Shown: positions 49,619-59,483, counted from the first letter of the stretch. The stretch: 64,000 bases of DNA from an uncultured Novosphingobium sp. (GCA_964561375.1 CAZLPK010000002.1:7106-71105); one strand, 5' to 3'. The notes: a model not told the origin generated them from the letters alone. Numbers and translations: made by a program.

Positions 49619-49705
49619 GCAATTCTCTCCCTTTGCGCGCCGCGTGGCAGGTGGCGCGGTCCAGCATTCTGGATCCCGCTCTCCACGTGGCGGCTTCTGT
49701 TTTGT

Positions 49706-50464
49706 TTAGAAAGTATCCTTGGCCGCGCGCAGGGCGGCGAAGGTGGCAATGGCATCGCCGGTTCCCCAGCGCGCCTGCATGGCCGGATCGTCCGCCCGCA
49801 GGAAGGGGTTGGTTGCCAGTTCGCGGGCGAGGGCGAAGGGCACGGTCGGCTTGCCCGCCTCACGCGCCTTGGCAATGGCTTCGGCATATTTGGCCAGTTC
49901 CGCATTGTCCGGATCGGCGTGAAGCGCGAAGCGGGCGTTGGACTGGGTATATTCGTGCGCGCAGTAGAGGATCGTGCTGGCTGGCAGGGCTTTCAGCCGG
50001 CAAAGGCTGGCCCAGAACTGTTGCGGCGTTCCTTCGAACATCCGCCCGCAACCCAGCGCAAACAGGGCATCACCAACAAAGGCCAGTTCGGCATCGGGCA
50101 GATGATAGGCGGCGTGACCCTGTGTGTGGCCGCCAACGTCGATTACGTCGGCATCCCAGTCACCCAGCATGACCACGTCGCCTTGCTTCACCGTGCGGTC
50201 AACGCCAGCGATTCGCGCTGCGTCCCCTTCCGGGGCGATGATCGTGCAGCCGGTGGCCGCCTTGATCGCTTCGTTTCCGCCGGCGTGGTCGGGGTGCCAG
50301 TGGGTGTTCCAGATCTGGTTGATCTGCCAGCCCTTGTGTCCGGCCTCGCGCAGATAGGCGTCGGCATCAGGCGTATCGATGCAGGCCGTCTCGCCGCTGA
50401 CCGGATCGTGGACGAGATAGCCGTAATTGTCTGACAGGCAGGGAAACTGATGAATTTCGAGCAT
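49706..50464 (-). CDS. gloB: Hydroxyacylglutathione hydrolase (glyoxalase II)
   Basis: SDNYGY, THWHPDHAGG, GHT, GDALFALGCGR, YCAHEYT, TNPFLR. Confidence 0.94.
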   Translation of the reverse strand: MLEIHQFPCLSDNYGYLVHDPVSGETACIDTPDADAYLREAGHKGWQINQIWNTHWHPDHAGGNEAIKAATGCTIIAPEGDAARIAGVDRTVKQGDVVMLGDWDADVIDVGGHTQGHAAYHLPDAELAFVGDALFALGCGRMFEGTPQQFWASLCRLKALPASTILYCAHEYTQSNARFALHADPDNAELAKYAEAIAKAREAGKPTVPFALARELATNPFLRADDPAMQARWGTGDAIATFAALRAAKDTF

Positions 50465-50532
50465 GGTCTTCTCCCGCCGCGATTAAACACCAATGGCCCG
50501 GTCAGGCAAAGCTTCAATCAGTGCCAAATAGC

Positions 50533-50566
50533 AAAAGCCCGCCCGGATTTCTCCGGACGGGCCTTT
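50533..50566 (-). terminator. Terminator of rpsA
   Basis: Minus strand GGCCCGTCCGG-AGAAAT-CCGGGCGGGCT followed by TTT. Confidence 0.7.
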
Positions 50567-50595
50567 GATTTGTGCCTGTCGGCTGAAAAGGAGGA

Positions 50596-52305
50596 TTAGT
50601 CCTTCTTGGCCTTCAGTGCGGCGCCGAGGATGTCGCCCAGCGAAGCGCCGGCATCCGACGAACCGTACTGTTCCACTGCTTCCTTCTCTTCGGCCAGCTG
50701 GCGGGCCTTGACCGAGAAGTTCGGCTTCTTGGAACGGTCGAAACCGGTAACCATGGCGTCGAGCTTCTGACCAACCTGGAAGCGGTCGGGGCGCTGTTCG
50801 TCGCGGTCGCGGCCGAGGTCGCTGCGCTTGATGAAGCCGGTCGCGCCATCGTCGCCAGCCTGAACTTCCAGACCGCCATCGCGGACTTCGAGAACGGTGA
50901 CGGTGACGACTTCGCCCTTCTTCAGGCCCGAAGCGGCAGCAGCAACGCCGGCTGCCGGAGCACCCTTTTCAAGCTGCTTCATGCCGAGCGAGATGCGCTC
51001 CTTTTCGACATCGACGTCAAGGACGATGGCCGAAACCTGCTCACCCTTGCGGTGCAGGGCCAGCGCGTCTTCACCCGAGATGCCCCAGGCGATGTCGGAC
51101 ATGTGAACCATGCCGTCCACGTCGCCATCCAGGCCGATGAACAGACCGAATTCGGTCGCGTTCTTGACTTCGCCCTCGACGGTCGAACCGACCGGGTGCT
51201 TTTCGGCGAAAGCTTCCCACGGGTTCTGCTGAGCCTGCTTGAGGCCAAGCGAAACGCGGCGCTTGTCGCTGTCGACTTCCAGAACGATGACGTCGACTTC
51301 CTGGCTGGTCGAAACGATCTTGCCGGGGTGGACGTTCTTCTTGGTCCAGGACATTTCCGAAACGTGGACCAGGCCTTCGATGCCCGCTTCCAGTTCGACG
51401 AAGGCGCCGTATTCGGTGATGTTGGTGACGGTGCCGCGCAGCTTCGCGCCGACCGGGTACTTGGCGGCGACGCCTTCCCACGGATCGCTTTCCAGCTGCT
51501 TCATGCCCAGGCTGATGCGCTGGGTGTCCTGGTTGATGCGGATGATCTGGACCTTGACGGTGTCACCGATGTTGATGACTTCGTTCGGGTGGTTGACCCG
51601 CTTGTAGCTCATGTCGGTGACGTGGAGCAGGCCGTCGATGCCGCCGAGGTCAACGAACGCACCGTAATCGGTGATGTTCTTGACGACGCCGTCGATGATC
51701 TGGCCTTCCGACAGGTTCTGGATCAGGCCGCTGCGCTGTTCGGCGCGGGTTTCTTCCAGCACCGCACGGCGCGAGACGACGATGTTGCCCCGGCGGCGAT
51801 CCATCTTGAGGATCTGGAACGGCTGCGGCACGTCCATCAGCGGCTGCACGTCGCGCACGGGGCGGATGTCAACCTGCGAGCCGGGCAGGAAGGCCACGGC
51901 GCCGTCGAGGTCGACGGTGAAGCCGCCCTTGACGCGGCCGAAGATCACGCCTTCAACGCGCTTGCCTTCGCCGAATTCGTTTTCAAGCTTGTCCCAGGCG
52001 GCTTCGCGGCGGGCGCGGTCGCGGCTGAGCATGGCTTCGCCTTCGGAGTTTTCGACGCGGTCGACATAGACTTCGACTTCGTCGCCAACCTTCAGCCCGT
52101 GGGGCTGGCCGGGCGAGGCGAATTCGCGCAGGGCCACGCGGCCTTCGCTCTTCAGGCCAACGTCGATGACGGCCTTGTCGCCTTCAATAGCGGTGATGGT
52201 GCCCTTGACCACGCGGCCTTCAAAGCCGCCGTCGGCAGCGCCGCCGAGCGATTCATCAAGGAGAGCCGCGAAATCGTCGCGGGTGGGGTTGGCGGTAGAC
52301 GCCAT
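50596..52305 (-). CDS. rpsA: 30S ribosomal protein S1
   Basis: Six S1 repeats; DVGLKSEG, AFLPGSQVD, NITDYGAFVDLGG, LVHVSEMSW. Confidence 0.99.
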   Translation of the reverse strand: MASTANPTRDDFAALLDESLGGAADGGFEGRVVKGTITAIEGDKAVIDVGLKSEGRVALREFASPGQPHGLKVGDEVEVYVDRVENSEGEAMLSRDRARREAAWDKLENEFGEGKRVEGVIFGRVKGGFTVDLDGAVAFLPGSQVDIRPVRDVQPLMDVPQPFQILKMDRRRGNIVVSRRAVLEETRAEQRSGLIQNLSEGQIIDGVVKNITDYGAFVDLGGIDGLLHVTDMSYKRVNHPNEVINIGDTVKVQIIRINQDTQRISLGMKQLESDPWEGVAAKYPVGAKLRGTVTNITEYGAFVELEAGIEGLVHVSEMSWTKKNVHPGKIVSTSQEVDVIVLEVDSDKRRVSLGLKQAQQNPWEAFAEKHPVGSTVEGEVKNATEFGLFIGLDGDVDGMVHMSDIAWGISGEDALALHRKGEQVSAIVLDVDVEKERISLGMKQLEKGAPAAGVAAAASGLKKGEVVTVTVLEVRDGGLEVQAGDDGATGFIKRSDLGRDRDEQRPDRFQVGQKLDAMVTGFDRSKKPNFSVKARQLAEEKEAVEQYGSSDAGASLGDILGAALKAKKD

Positions 52306-52500
52306 AAGGTTGGTTTCCTATACCGATGTTTCCGGCCAGGCGGTTGTTTCCGCCGGTCTTTCCTCCGCCATCGGGACCATCCCGAAGCGGGCCAAAAGGG
52401 CCGAACTGCGATGGGGGCCGGATGCCGTCCACCGCGCCTTTCAGGGCCAAGGCTCTGAAAGACTGGCCGCCCTTATGCTCCGCAATGCGCAAATGCAAGG
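52306..52500 (-). promoter_or_regulatory. rpsA promoter and long structured 5' leader
   Basis: TTGCAT-N17-TAAGGG promoter-like sequence, then ~160 nt with several stems and no canonical SD. Confidence 0.4.
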
Positions 52501-52622
52501 AAAATGGCGCATTTCGCCGCCCGAATGCGGTGGTTTGAGCCGCCGCAGGGTGATTTGCGCATGGGCGCGATTGTTGCCGCCCGTTCCGGGCTATTTCCGC
52601 CGTGGGTCTAGGCCGGTTCGAC

Positions 52623-54008
52623 TTATGCCTGGTCCGTGTCGCCAGAACCGGTGGAGCCGGGGGCACGGCGCTGGGCGCGGAGCAGGCGCGAGGCGGCGAA
52701 GGCGAGGACGACCGTTCCCAGGACGAGCGCGGCCCACAGGGCAATCTTGCGCGCGTCAAACGGGCTTTCGGGTGCTGCCGGGGCCAGCTTGATGACGGGG
52801 GCGTCACCGGCGATTTCCACCTCAGCCTGCAAGCGCCAGGCGCGCAGCAGGTCGCTGGGCTTGCCAAAGTCGGCCGGATCGAACCAGGCGGGTTTGGCAT
52901 TGGCATTGCCGACCGCCAGATTGAACGGCCCTTCGCCATTGAAAGCGGCAAAGATCGTGATTGGTTCGACTGCAAGGCTGACCAGCGGAACCTTCGAAAA
53001 ACCGGCACTGCGCGGATCGGCGGCGATGCGGTATTCGCGCAGCGTCGCGCCGGACAGTTCGAGTGAGACGGGCCCTTCGCCCTGTTTCAGCGTGGCATTG
53101 GCCAGCAGTCCCCAGGGTTCAGAGCGATCGTTGCGGCCGAACAGTTGGACCGGAACGATCCCATCAGAGCCGGCAAGTTCGAGCTTTACAGCCGCAATCG
53201 GCACCGAAATCTGCGGGGCAAAGCGCAGTTCGTGCGGATTGCTCAGCGCGGCGCCACTGGTTTCCAGATCGACGCGCTCCGGTTGGCGGGTCACCGCTTC
53301 GAGCACCTTGGCGCCGGTCACGGCGATGTCCGGGCCAGCTTCCCAGCTGATCCGGACATAGCGGTCCTTGAGGTTTACGGCGGGCAGAGCGATGCGGGGC
53401 TGGCCCAGCACTTCGGGATCGTTACCCGGGCGTAGCAGTACCTTGTCAGCCAGCGGTTCCCAGGTCTTTAGGTCGCTGCAGCTTTCCAGCGTGAACGTGA
53501 CTGGCACCTGCTTTGGCAATTGCGCGGCCAGTTCGATGCCGACCACCGGCAGGGTCAGAGCGCGCGTGTCGATCAGGACGGCGGCGCGCTTGTCCGCAGC
53601 GTCAGCGGCATCGGTGGCGGTTACTTCGACCGTGGCATCGCCTGTTTTCACTTCGATGGTCAGCGGAACGGCCTCTCCATCCGGTCCCTTGGCAAGCGGG
53701 ATCGCGGTGAGGTCACTCGGTTTCAGCAGGCTCGATTCGCCCGAACGGTCATAGGCCAGCGCCAGCGACAGGGTGCGGCCCCTGGCGTCATAGATCCGCA
53801 CGTCGCCCAGATCGGGCCGCACGATTTCGGCCACGGCAGCGGCGGGTAGCACCACGCGGCCCAGCTTGTTCCCCGCCGTGGGGGCAACGGCCAGAACCTG
53901 TGCAAACTCGTCGGGCTTTTTCGGCTCTGGCGCTTCTTCCGCGGCGCAGGCGGCAAGGGCGAGCAGAGCGGCAGCGGGCAACAGCGGGCGGACCAGACGG
54001 GCAAACAT
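52623..54008 (-). CDS. DUF3999-family protein (lipoprotein-like signal, C-terminal TM)
   Basis: LAAC lipobox-like, DLGDVRIYDARG, SDLKTW, LAVG, LWAALVLG; start overlaps the DUF2339 stop. Confidence 0.72.
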   Translation of the reverse strand: MFARLVRPLLPAAALLALAACAAEEAPEPKKPDEFAQVLAVAPTAGNKLGRVVLPAAAVAEIVRPDLGDVRIYDARGRTLSLALAYDRSGESSLLKPSDLTAIPLAKGPDGEAVPLTIEVKTGDATVEVTATDAADAADKRAAVLIDTRALTLPVVGIELAAQLPKQVPVTFTLESCSDLKTWEPLADKVLLRPGNDPEVLGQPRIALPAVNLKDRYVRISWEAGPDIAVTGAKVLEAVTRQPERVDLETSGAALSNPHELRFAPQISVPIAAVKLELAGSDGIVPVQLFGRNDRSEPWGLLANATLKQGEGPVSLELSGATLREYRIAADPRSAGFSKVPLVSLAVEPITIFAAFNGEGPFNLAVGNANAKPAWFDPADFGKPSDLLRAWRLQAEVEIAGDAPVIKLAPAAPESPFDARKIALWAALVLGTVVLAFAASRLLRAQRRAPGSTGSGDTDQA

Positions 54009-56776
54009 CACTTCTTCTCCTCGCCGCCCTGTCGCGGCGGAAGCGGCACGAAATAGCCGATCAGCAGCATTAGTATACCCACCCCGATAAAGGCGACGAT
54101 CCGGGCAATACCTTCTGCCTGTGACATATCGACGAAGAGCAGCTTGACCACAACCACTCCCAGCAGGGTCGCGCCGGTCAGCCACGGCAGGCGCATGGCC
54201 ATGCGCTTGGCATAGAGCATCAGGCCCATGGCCAGCAGGGTCCAGAGGATCGAAAAGCCGGTCAGGACGGTCGGGCTGCTGAGTGTGGTGCCGTCCCACG
54301 GCACGTTCAGATAGTGATGGGCGGTGCGCACCCAGATGCCGTTTACCGCAACAAAGCCCAGCAGGGCCAGTGCGCCAAGTCCGGCATTCCCGGCGCTCCA
54401 CGCCAGCCGTGGCTGCGGCGTGACGCCTTGCAGCATCAGCCGCCGCTGGGCGAGGGCGGCAATGGCAAGGCCCACGGCAAGGTCAATCGGGTTGAGCAGC
54501 GGAATGTAGGGCAGGGGCTGGGTGTCGCCCGCGGCAAACCACGCGCTGCCCAGTGCGCCGAAGAAAGTCAGCGCGGCAAGAACGCTACCAGCCCGGCCCC
54601 AATAGGCGCGGGCGTGTTGGTCAAGCGGCCAGCCGAGCGTGTCGGGTGAACCTTGCACCGCGCGTCCAGCCCAGCGGGTGAGGGCGAAGACCATGGCCGT
54701 GGCGCTGGTCAGCAGCACGACCCCGGCCCACGAACTGTTCCACAGCTTTGCCACGTCGATCAGGCGGAACAGGCAGTCGGCCAGCATGGCGGTCAGCACC
54801 AGCACGCCCAGCGTGTGCATCGCGCTGTCCCAGCGCAGCGGTTCGGGCCGGTCGTTGTCGCGCTGGCGCAGCATCCAGAAATGCAGCGCCCAGATCGCGA
54901 TCCAGAAGGCAAAGTCGGGCCAGTCCGTAACGCTTTTTTCGGTGGCCAGATTGATCAGGAAGCCCAGGCCAATCAGCAGCAGCGAAACCCGCCCCGGCCA
55001 GGTGGCGACGGGCCATTTGCGGGTGCGGCCAAACCAGTCCGACGCGGCCATCAGCGCCAGCGTGGCGAGCAGGCTGATCAGCACGACCTGATGGCTGTGC
55101 AGGACCGGTGCAGGCAGTTCCAGATCGGTTGCGGCAGGCAGGCGGCGGGTCACTTCCTGCCACAGGGCCAGCGCGGCAAAGGCAAAGCCGGCCAGGAACC
55201 ACGGCTTGCCAAGGCTGCGCTCGATCGGTGCCCAGTTGCGCGCCCAGATTGATCCGCTGTCCGGCCAGCTCTGCCGCAGCCACCATGAGGTCAGCAAGAG
55301 CGGCACGGCGATCAGCAGCGGGCCGACAAAGCCGTTGTTGGCAAGTGGCACATGGGAAATGGCGGGCTGCAGCGTGGCGAGGGCCAGGATCGCGCCGAAC
55401 TGTTGCAGGATCAGGCCAAAGGCGCGCGGCATCCAGCGCGCTTGCCGTGCCCCGACCCAATAGGCCCCGGCCCCTTCCAGCGCCCAGGCGGCTCCGGTCC
55501 ACTTCACGTCCAGCGCCAGCGGGATTGCCAGCGTAACGAAGCCGACGCCGATGGCCAGCAGGCATTCGCTGAGCAGGCCCATGCCTTGCTCGCGCTTGCG
55601 AAAAGCCCAGGCGGCAACGGTCAGATAGGTCGCAGCGAAAGCCAGGGCCGACCAGGCGGCGGCATAGGGTTTGTCGTGAACCAGCCCCGCTTGCAGGGCA
55701 AAGCCGGCCAGCGCCGTGCCGAATAGCAGCGTGGAATCAGCAAAGTTGCCCAGCTTGCCGGGGGTGTTGTGGGCATAGAGCAGGGCCGTGGCGAGATAGA
55801 TCGCCACCGACAGGGCCAGGAACACCTCGCAGATCAGGAAATGGCGATCCTGATATGCCCCGGAACCCCACAGCGTCGCGAGCCCGAACGTGGCGAAAAA
55901 GCCGAGCAGGTTGAGAGAGCGCCAGCTCTTCTTCCAGGCGATTCCCAGCACGGCCAGGTTGAGGACCGTGATATAGCTGAACAGCCCCAGCGGGCTTTCC
56001 GCTTCGCCCCCCAGCAGCACCGGCACGGCATAGCCGCCAAGGAACGAGGCAAGCGCCATCACCTTCGAATTCTGAACCACGGCCAGCGTGGCCCCCAGCG
56101 CGGCAAACAGGATCATGAAGGCAAAGCCGGCCAGTGGCGGCATCACTTCATAGATCCGCGCGGCGGCAAAGACGGTGAGGTACATCACCGCAACCCCGCC
56201 GCCTTGCAGGTGCAGGGCGAAATCGGGCCGCTCGATCCGCTTGCGAAAACCGACTGCCAGCAGCCCAGCCCCGATCAGGCCAACCGTCGCCAGCCGCGCC
56301 TCCAGCGGATAGAGCCCGGCATTGGCGACCAGCCGGGCAAGGAAGACCAGCCCGACGAACAGGACCACCAGCCCGATCCGCACGATCGTGTTGCCGCCGG
56401 TGAACCAGTCCAGCACGTGGTTGGCCACGACATCGTAAAGACCCGGCGCCTGCGGCTCGTGCTCGGCCTGTGGGACCGGGCGTGCGGCTTGGTCCGGCCT
56501 TTCTGCTGCCAGCGGCTCGGCGGGTCCCAGCGGGGAAACCGCTTCCCGCTCTGCCGCAGGTTCCGGTACGGGAATTGAGGCGGGCCGGGGGGCGGGATGC
56601 TCCCCCTGGCCATCGGTTAGCCGCTGCCATTCGCGCGCAACCTCGTCCCGCAAAGCGCGGCGCAGCCACAGCCCCATGGCAAAGCCGATCATGCCGCCCA
56701 ATGCGAGGCCGAACTGACTGAAATAAGAAACAAACCAACCGATCAGCGCGCCGGCCACGATAGTCCACAGGATCAT
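54008..56776 (-). CDS. DUF2339-family polytopic membrane protein
   Basis: WFTGGNTIVRIG, LQGGG, GF.TLAIPL, WALEGAG, VKLLFVD, RIVAFIGVG..LLIGYFVPLPP. Confidence 0.85.
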   Translation of the reverse strand: MILWTIVAGALIGWFVSYFSQFGLALGGMIGFAMGLWLRRALRDEVAREWQRLTDGQGEHPAPRPASIPVPEPAAEREAVSPLGPAEPLAAERPDQAARPVPQAEHEPQAPGLYDVVANHVLDWFTGGNTIVRIGLVVLFVGLVFLARLVANAGLYPLEARLATVGLIGAGLLAVGFRKRIERPDFALHLQGGGVAVMYLTVFAAARIYEVMPPLAGFAFMILFAALGATLAVVQNSKVMALASFLGGYAVPVLLGGEAESPLGLFSYITVLNLAVLGIAWKKSWRSLNLLGFFATFGLATLWGSGAYQDRHFLICEVFLALSVAIYLATALLYAHNTPGKLGNFADSTLLFGTALAGFALQAGLVHDKPYAAAWSALAFAATYLTVAAWAFRKREQGMGLLSECLLAIGVGFVTLAIPLALDVKWTGAAWALEGAGAYWVGARQARWMPRAFGLILQQFGAILALATLQPAISHVPLANNGFVGPLLIAVPLLLTSWWLRQSWPDSGSIWARNWAPIERSLGKPWFLAGFAFAALALWQEVTRRLPAATDLELPAPVLHSHQVVLISLLATLALMAASDWFGRTRKWPVATWPGRVSLLLIGLGFLINLATEKSVTDWPDFAFWIAIWALHFWMLRQRDNDRPEPLRWDSAMHTLGVLVLTAMLADCLFRLIDVAKLWNSSWAGVVLLTSATAMVFALTRWAGRAVQGSPDTLGWPLDQHARAYWGRAGSVLAALTFFGALGSAWFAAGDTQPLPYIPLLNPIDLAVGLAIAALAQRRLMLQGVTPQPRLAWSAGNAGLGALALLGFVAVNGIWVRTAHHYLNVPWDGTTLSSPTVLTGFSILWTLLAMGLMLYAKRMAMRLPWLTGATLLGVVVVKLLFVDMSQAEGIARIVAFIGVGILMLLIGYFVPLPPRQGGEEKK

Positions 56777-56851
56777 CGTCCCTCCGTCTCGCTCTGGTCT
56801 CTCAGCGGCAGTTTGGCAGTTTTTGCAGCAATGGCAAGTGCTTGTCGCGAT

Positions 56852-57631
56852 TTACCCTGGGCTGACTGCCGATCCTGCAAGCAATCCGCCATCGATATTC
56901 AGCTCTGTTCCGGTGATATAGGCCGCCTCGTCCGACGCCAGCAGCACGGCCAGTGCTGCGACTTCGCGGACTTCGCCAAAGCGCTGTAGCGGCGTATCGG
57001 CTACAAAGCTGGCCATGCGCTCTTGCCGGTCGGGTCCGGCACCCAGCATCGGCTCCCACATTTCCGTCAGGATCGCGGCCGGATGAATGGAATTGCAGCG
57101 GATGGCCCACCCATTCTGGGCGCACCACAGCGCGACTGACTTGCTGTGGTTGCGGATCGCCGCCTTGGAACTGGCATAGGCCGCTGCGCCGGGAATGCCC
57201 ACCAGCCCGGATCGGGACGAGATGTTAATGATCGAGCCTGAACCCTTCGCCTTCATGGCCGCAATCGCATAGCGACAGCCAAGGAAGGTTCCGTCCAGAT
57301 TTGTGGCGTGAACCGACCGCCAGTCTGCCAGACTGGCATTCTCGGGATCGTGCGGGCCGGGAGATGCTTCAAAACCGGTAATCCCGGCATTGTTGACGAC
57401 TACGTCCGCAACCGGAACCACTTTTGCCAAAGCGGTCCAATCCGCCTCTTCCCGCACGTCGAGGGGGATGAAGCGGCAACCGATCTCGGCCGCGGCAGAG
57501 CTGCCAAGGCGGTGGTCAAGGTCAGTCAGGATGACATCGGCACCTTCGGCTTGGAAGGCTGCAGCAATGCCGCGGCCAATACCGCGTGCTGCGCCAGTGA
57601 TGACGCAAATCTTTCCCGCAAGTCGGGGCAT
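56852..57631 (-). CDS. SDR family oxidoreductase (3alpha/20beta-HSD / cyclopentanol dehydrogenase-like)
   Basis: [27 protein letters not shown]. Confidence 0.93.
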   Translation of the reverse strand: MPRLAGKICVITGAARGIGRGIAAAFQAEGADVILTDLDHRLGSSAAAEIGCRFIPLDVREEADWTALAKVVPVADVVVNNAGITGFEASPGPHDPENASLADWRSVHATNLDGTFLGCRYAIAAMKAKGSGSIINISSRSGLVGIPGAAAYASSKAAIRNHSKSVALWCAQNGWAIRCNSIHPAAILTEMWEPMLGAGPDRQERMASFVADTPLQRFGEVREVAALAVLLASDEAAYITGTELNIDGGLLAGSAVSPG

Positions 57632-57732
57632 GGGAGTTCCTTTCGAATACAATTGGTCAGGGCAGCGCGACAGAGCTGCGAAGTGATTGAATCCGCCGGG
57701 GCGGTGTCACTGGACCAATTGCGGAACTCCTT
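57632..57732 (-). promoter_or_regulatory. Structured SDR leader containing uORF TTG-GTC-CAG-TGA (57718-57707) in frame with the SDR
   Basis: AAGGAG 8 nt before TTG; GGAGTTCC/GGAACTCC and CAATTGGTC/GACCAATTG perfect pairings; 25 sense codons between TGA and the SDR ATG. Confidence 0.6.
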
Positions 57733-57756
57733 GAACGTGGGGCTGCAATACCAGAC

Positions 57757-59178
57757 CTAGGCCGCGTCGCCAATGCCCAGGTCGGTCAGCTTGCGGTACA
57801 GGGTCGATCGGCCGATGCCGAGGCGGCGGGCGACTTCGGTCATCCGGCCGCGATAATGGCCGATGGCAAGGCGGATCACGTCGGCCTCGATTTCTTCCAG
57901 CGGGCGCAGGTTGCCGTCGGCGGTGTACAGCATCACGCCGACCCCTTCCTGCACTGGTTGCTGTGCGCTGTCGCCGCCCAGCAGGTCGCACAGTTGCGGA
58001 AAATCTTCGGCTGTCAGGGCATCGCCTTCGCAGAATACCGCTGCCCGGAACAGTACGGCCTGAAGCTGGCTGATATTGCCCGGCCAGTCATAATTGGCGA
58101 GCAGGGCGAGAGCGCCGTCAGTGATGCCCAGCGGGCGCAGCCCCGGCTGTTCCCCGATCAGGGCAAGGAAATGGCGGGCCAGTGCCGGAATATCGCCGGT
58201 CCGTTCGCGCAGCGGCGGCAATTGCACCACCACGGCAGACAGGACATCGCGCAGTTCGGGCAGAAACCGGCCATGCTCCACCTGATCGCCCAGCGGCAGG
58301 TTGCTGGCCGCGATCAGGCGCACATCGACGCGGAACGAATGGCGCGCACCGATCGGGCGGACATCACAGCGCTCGATCGCTTCAATCAGGCGCTGCTGCA
58401 CGCAGAGCGGCAGCCGGTCGATCTCATCAAGGGCAAGAGTCCCGCCATCGGCATTCTGTAATGCCCCGACATGGCGATCAAAGGCGCCCGGAAAAGCATT
58501 CTTCTCATGCCCGAACAGGGCCGATTCCAGAGAGTTTTCAGGGATCGCCCCCAGCTTGAGCAAACGCAGCGGCAGCTTGGCGCGCGGGCTGGCGGCGTGC
58601 ATTGCGCGGATCACCATTTCCTTGCCGGTGCCGCTTTCCCCTTCGATCAGGACCGCGCCATGACCGCGCGCCGCCTTGGCCGCGACGGCAAGGGCAGAGC
58701 GGAAGGCGGGGGCTGCGCCGATCATCGCGTCGAAATCGGGCGTGGTCTGGATCTTCTCGGTCAGCGGTTGCAGCTCGTTGCGCGGGGCCTGCCGCGACTT
58801 GGCCAGGCGCAGGGCCTGCATCATGCGGTCTGTCGGCACGGGCTTGACCAGATAGTCCGACGCCCCGGCGCGCATGGCCTCTACCGCCAGCAAGGGCGAG
58901 GCGCTGGTGGTCAGCATCAGGATCGGCAGGTTGGGGCGATGGCTGCGCAGTTCGGCAATCAGCGCGCAGGCCTGATCGCCGCACACCCGCTGGTCAAGAA
59001 TGATCGCCTGCACCAGGGGGCCTTGTTCGCCGCATAGCGCGGCAAGCGCCTCTTCGCTATCGTGGACCAAGAGAGTGCGCCAACCTTCGCGCTGGGCAAG
59101 CGCGGCGATCAACCGGCTTTGGGCCGGGTCATCGTCGATCAGCAACAACAGGCGCTGCTCGATTTCCGTCATGTCCAA
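57757..59178 (-). CDS. tacA: Sigma54-activator-type response regulator (REC-AAA+-Fis HTH), TacA-like
   Basis: GESGTGKE, LDEI, DVRLIAASN, PPLRER, WPGN, LRPLEEIEADVIRLAI, VARRLGIGRSTLYRK; start may be 59172. Confidence 0.78.
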   Translation of the reverse strand: MDMTEIEQRLLLLIDDDPAQSRLIAALAQREGWRTLLVHDSEEALAALCGEQGPLVQAIILDQRVCGDQACALIAELRSHRPNLPILMLTTSASPLLAVEAMRAGASDYLVKPVPTDRMMQALRLAKSRQAPRNELQPLTEKIQTTPDFDAMIGAAPAFRSALAVAAKAARGHGAVLIEGESGTGKEMVIRAMHAASPRAKLPLRLLKLGAIPENSLESALFGHEKNAFPGAFDRHVGALQNADGGTLALDEIDRLPLCVQQRLIEAIERCDVRPIGARHSFRVDVRLIAASNLPLGDQVEHGRFLPELRDVLSAVVVQLPPLRERTGDIPALARHFLALIGEQPGLRPLGITDGALALLANYDWPGNISQLQAVLFRAAVFCEGDALTAEDFPQLCDLLGGDSAQQPVQEGVGVMLYTADGNLRPLEEIEADVIRLAIGHYRGRMTEVARRLGIGRSTLYRKLTDLGIGDAA

Positions 59179-59223
59179 TCGCTAGTCCCGCTTTCGTAAC
59201 GGTTCTCGGCTAGCTCGATTAGG

Positions 59224-59238
59224 TAAACAGCCAATTAA
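59224..59238 (-). promoter_or_regulatory. Possible CtrA box upstream of tacA
   Basis: Minus strand TTAA-TTGGCTG-TTTA(C), one mismatch to TTAA-N7-TTAA; tacA is a CtrA target in Caulobacter. Confidence 0.5.
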
Positions 59239-59343
59239 GCGAGACCTAATCCTCTGCCACAGCTGGCTTGCCCCTTGAGCGGGCGGGAAATGCCGGATAG
59301 AGAACCGGGCAAATTCAACCATCGCAAAACAGAGGTACCTCGA

Positions 59344-59469
59344 ATGGCTAGCGGCAATGACATGAAGGCACATGAATCGACCTACACCGGCTTCCTCGGC
59401 CTGGTGAAGTGGGGTTCGATCCTGACTGTTCTGGTCACGGCGTTCGTCGTCTTCAAGATCGCTTCCTAA
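59344..59469 (+). CDS. aa3-type cytochrome c oxidase subunit IV
   Basis: DMKAHESTYTGFLGLVKWG plus one TM; GAGG SD; typical position upstream of pntA. Confidence 0.82.
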   Translation: MASGNDMKAHESTYTGFLGLVKWGSILTVLVTAFVVFKIAS

Positions 59470-59483
59470 GCGCCTCCGCACCC

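Noticed and set aside
57680-57709. Selenocysteine insertion (SECIS) at the in-frame UGA before the SDR
   Set aside because: The UGA is at codon 4 of an extension outside the SDR fold, the hairpin is much shorter than a bacterial SECIS, and no sel genes are visible.
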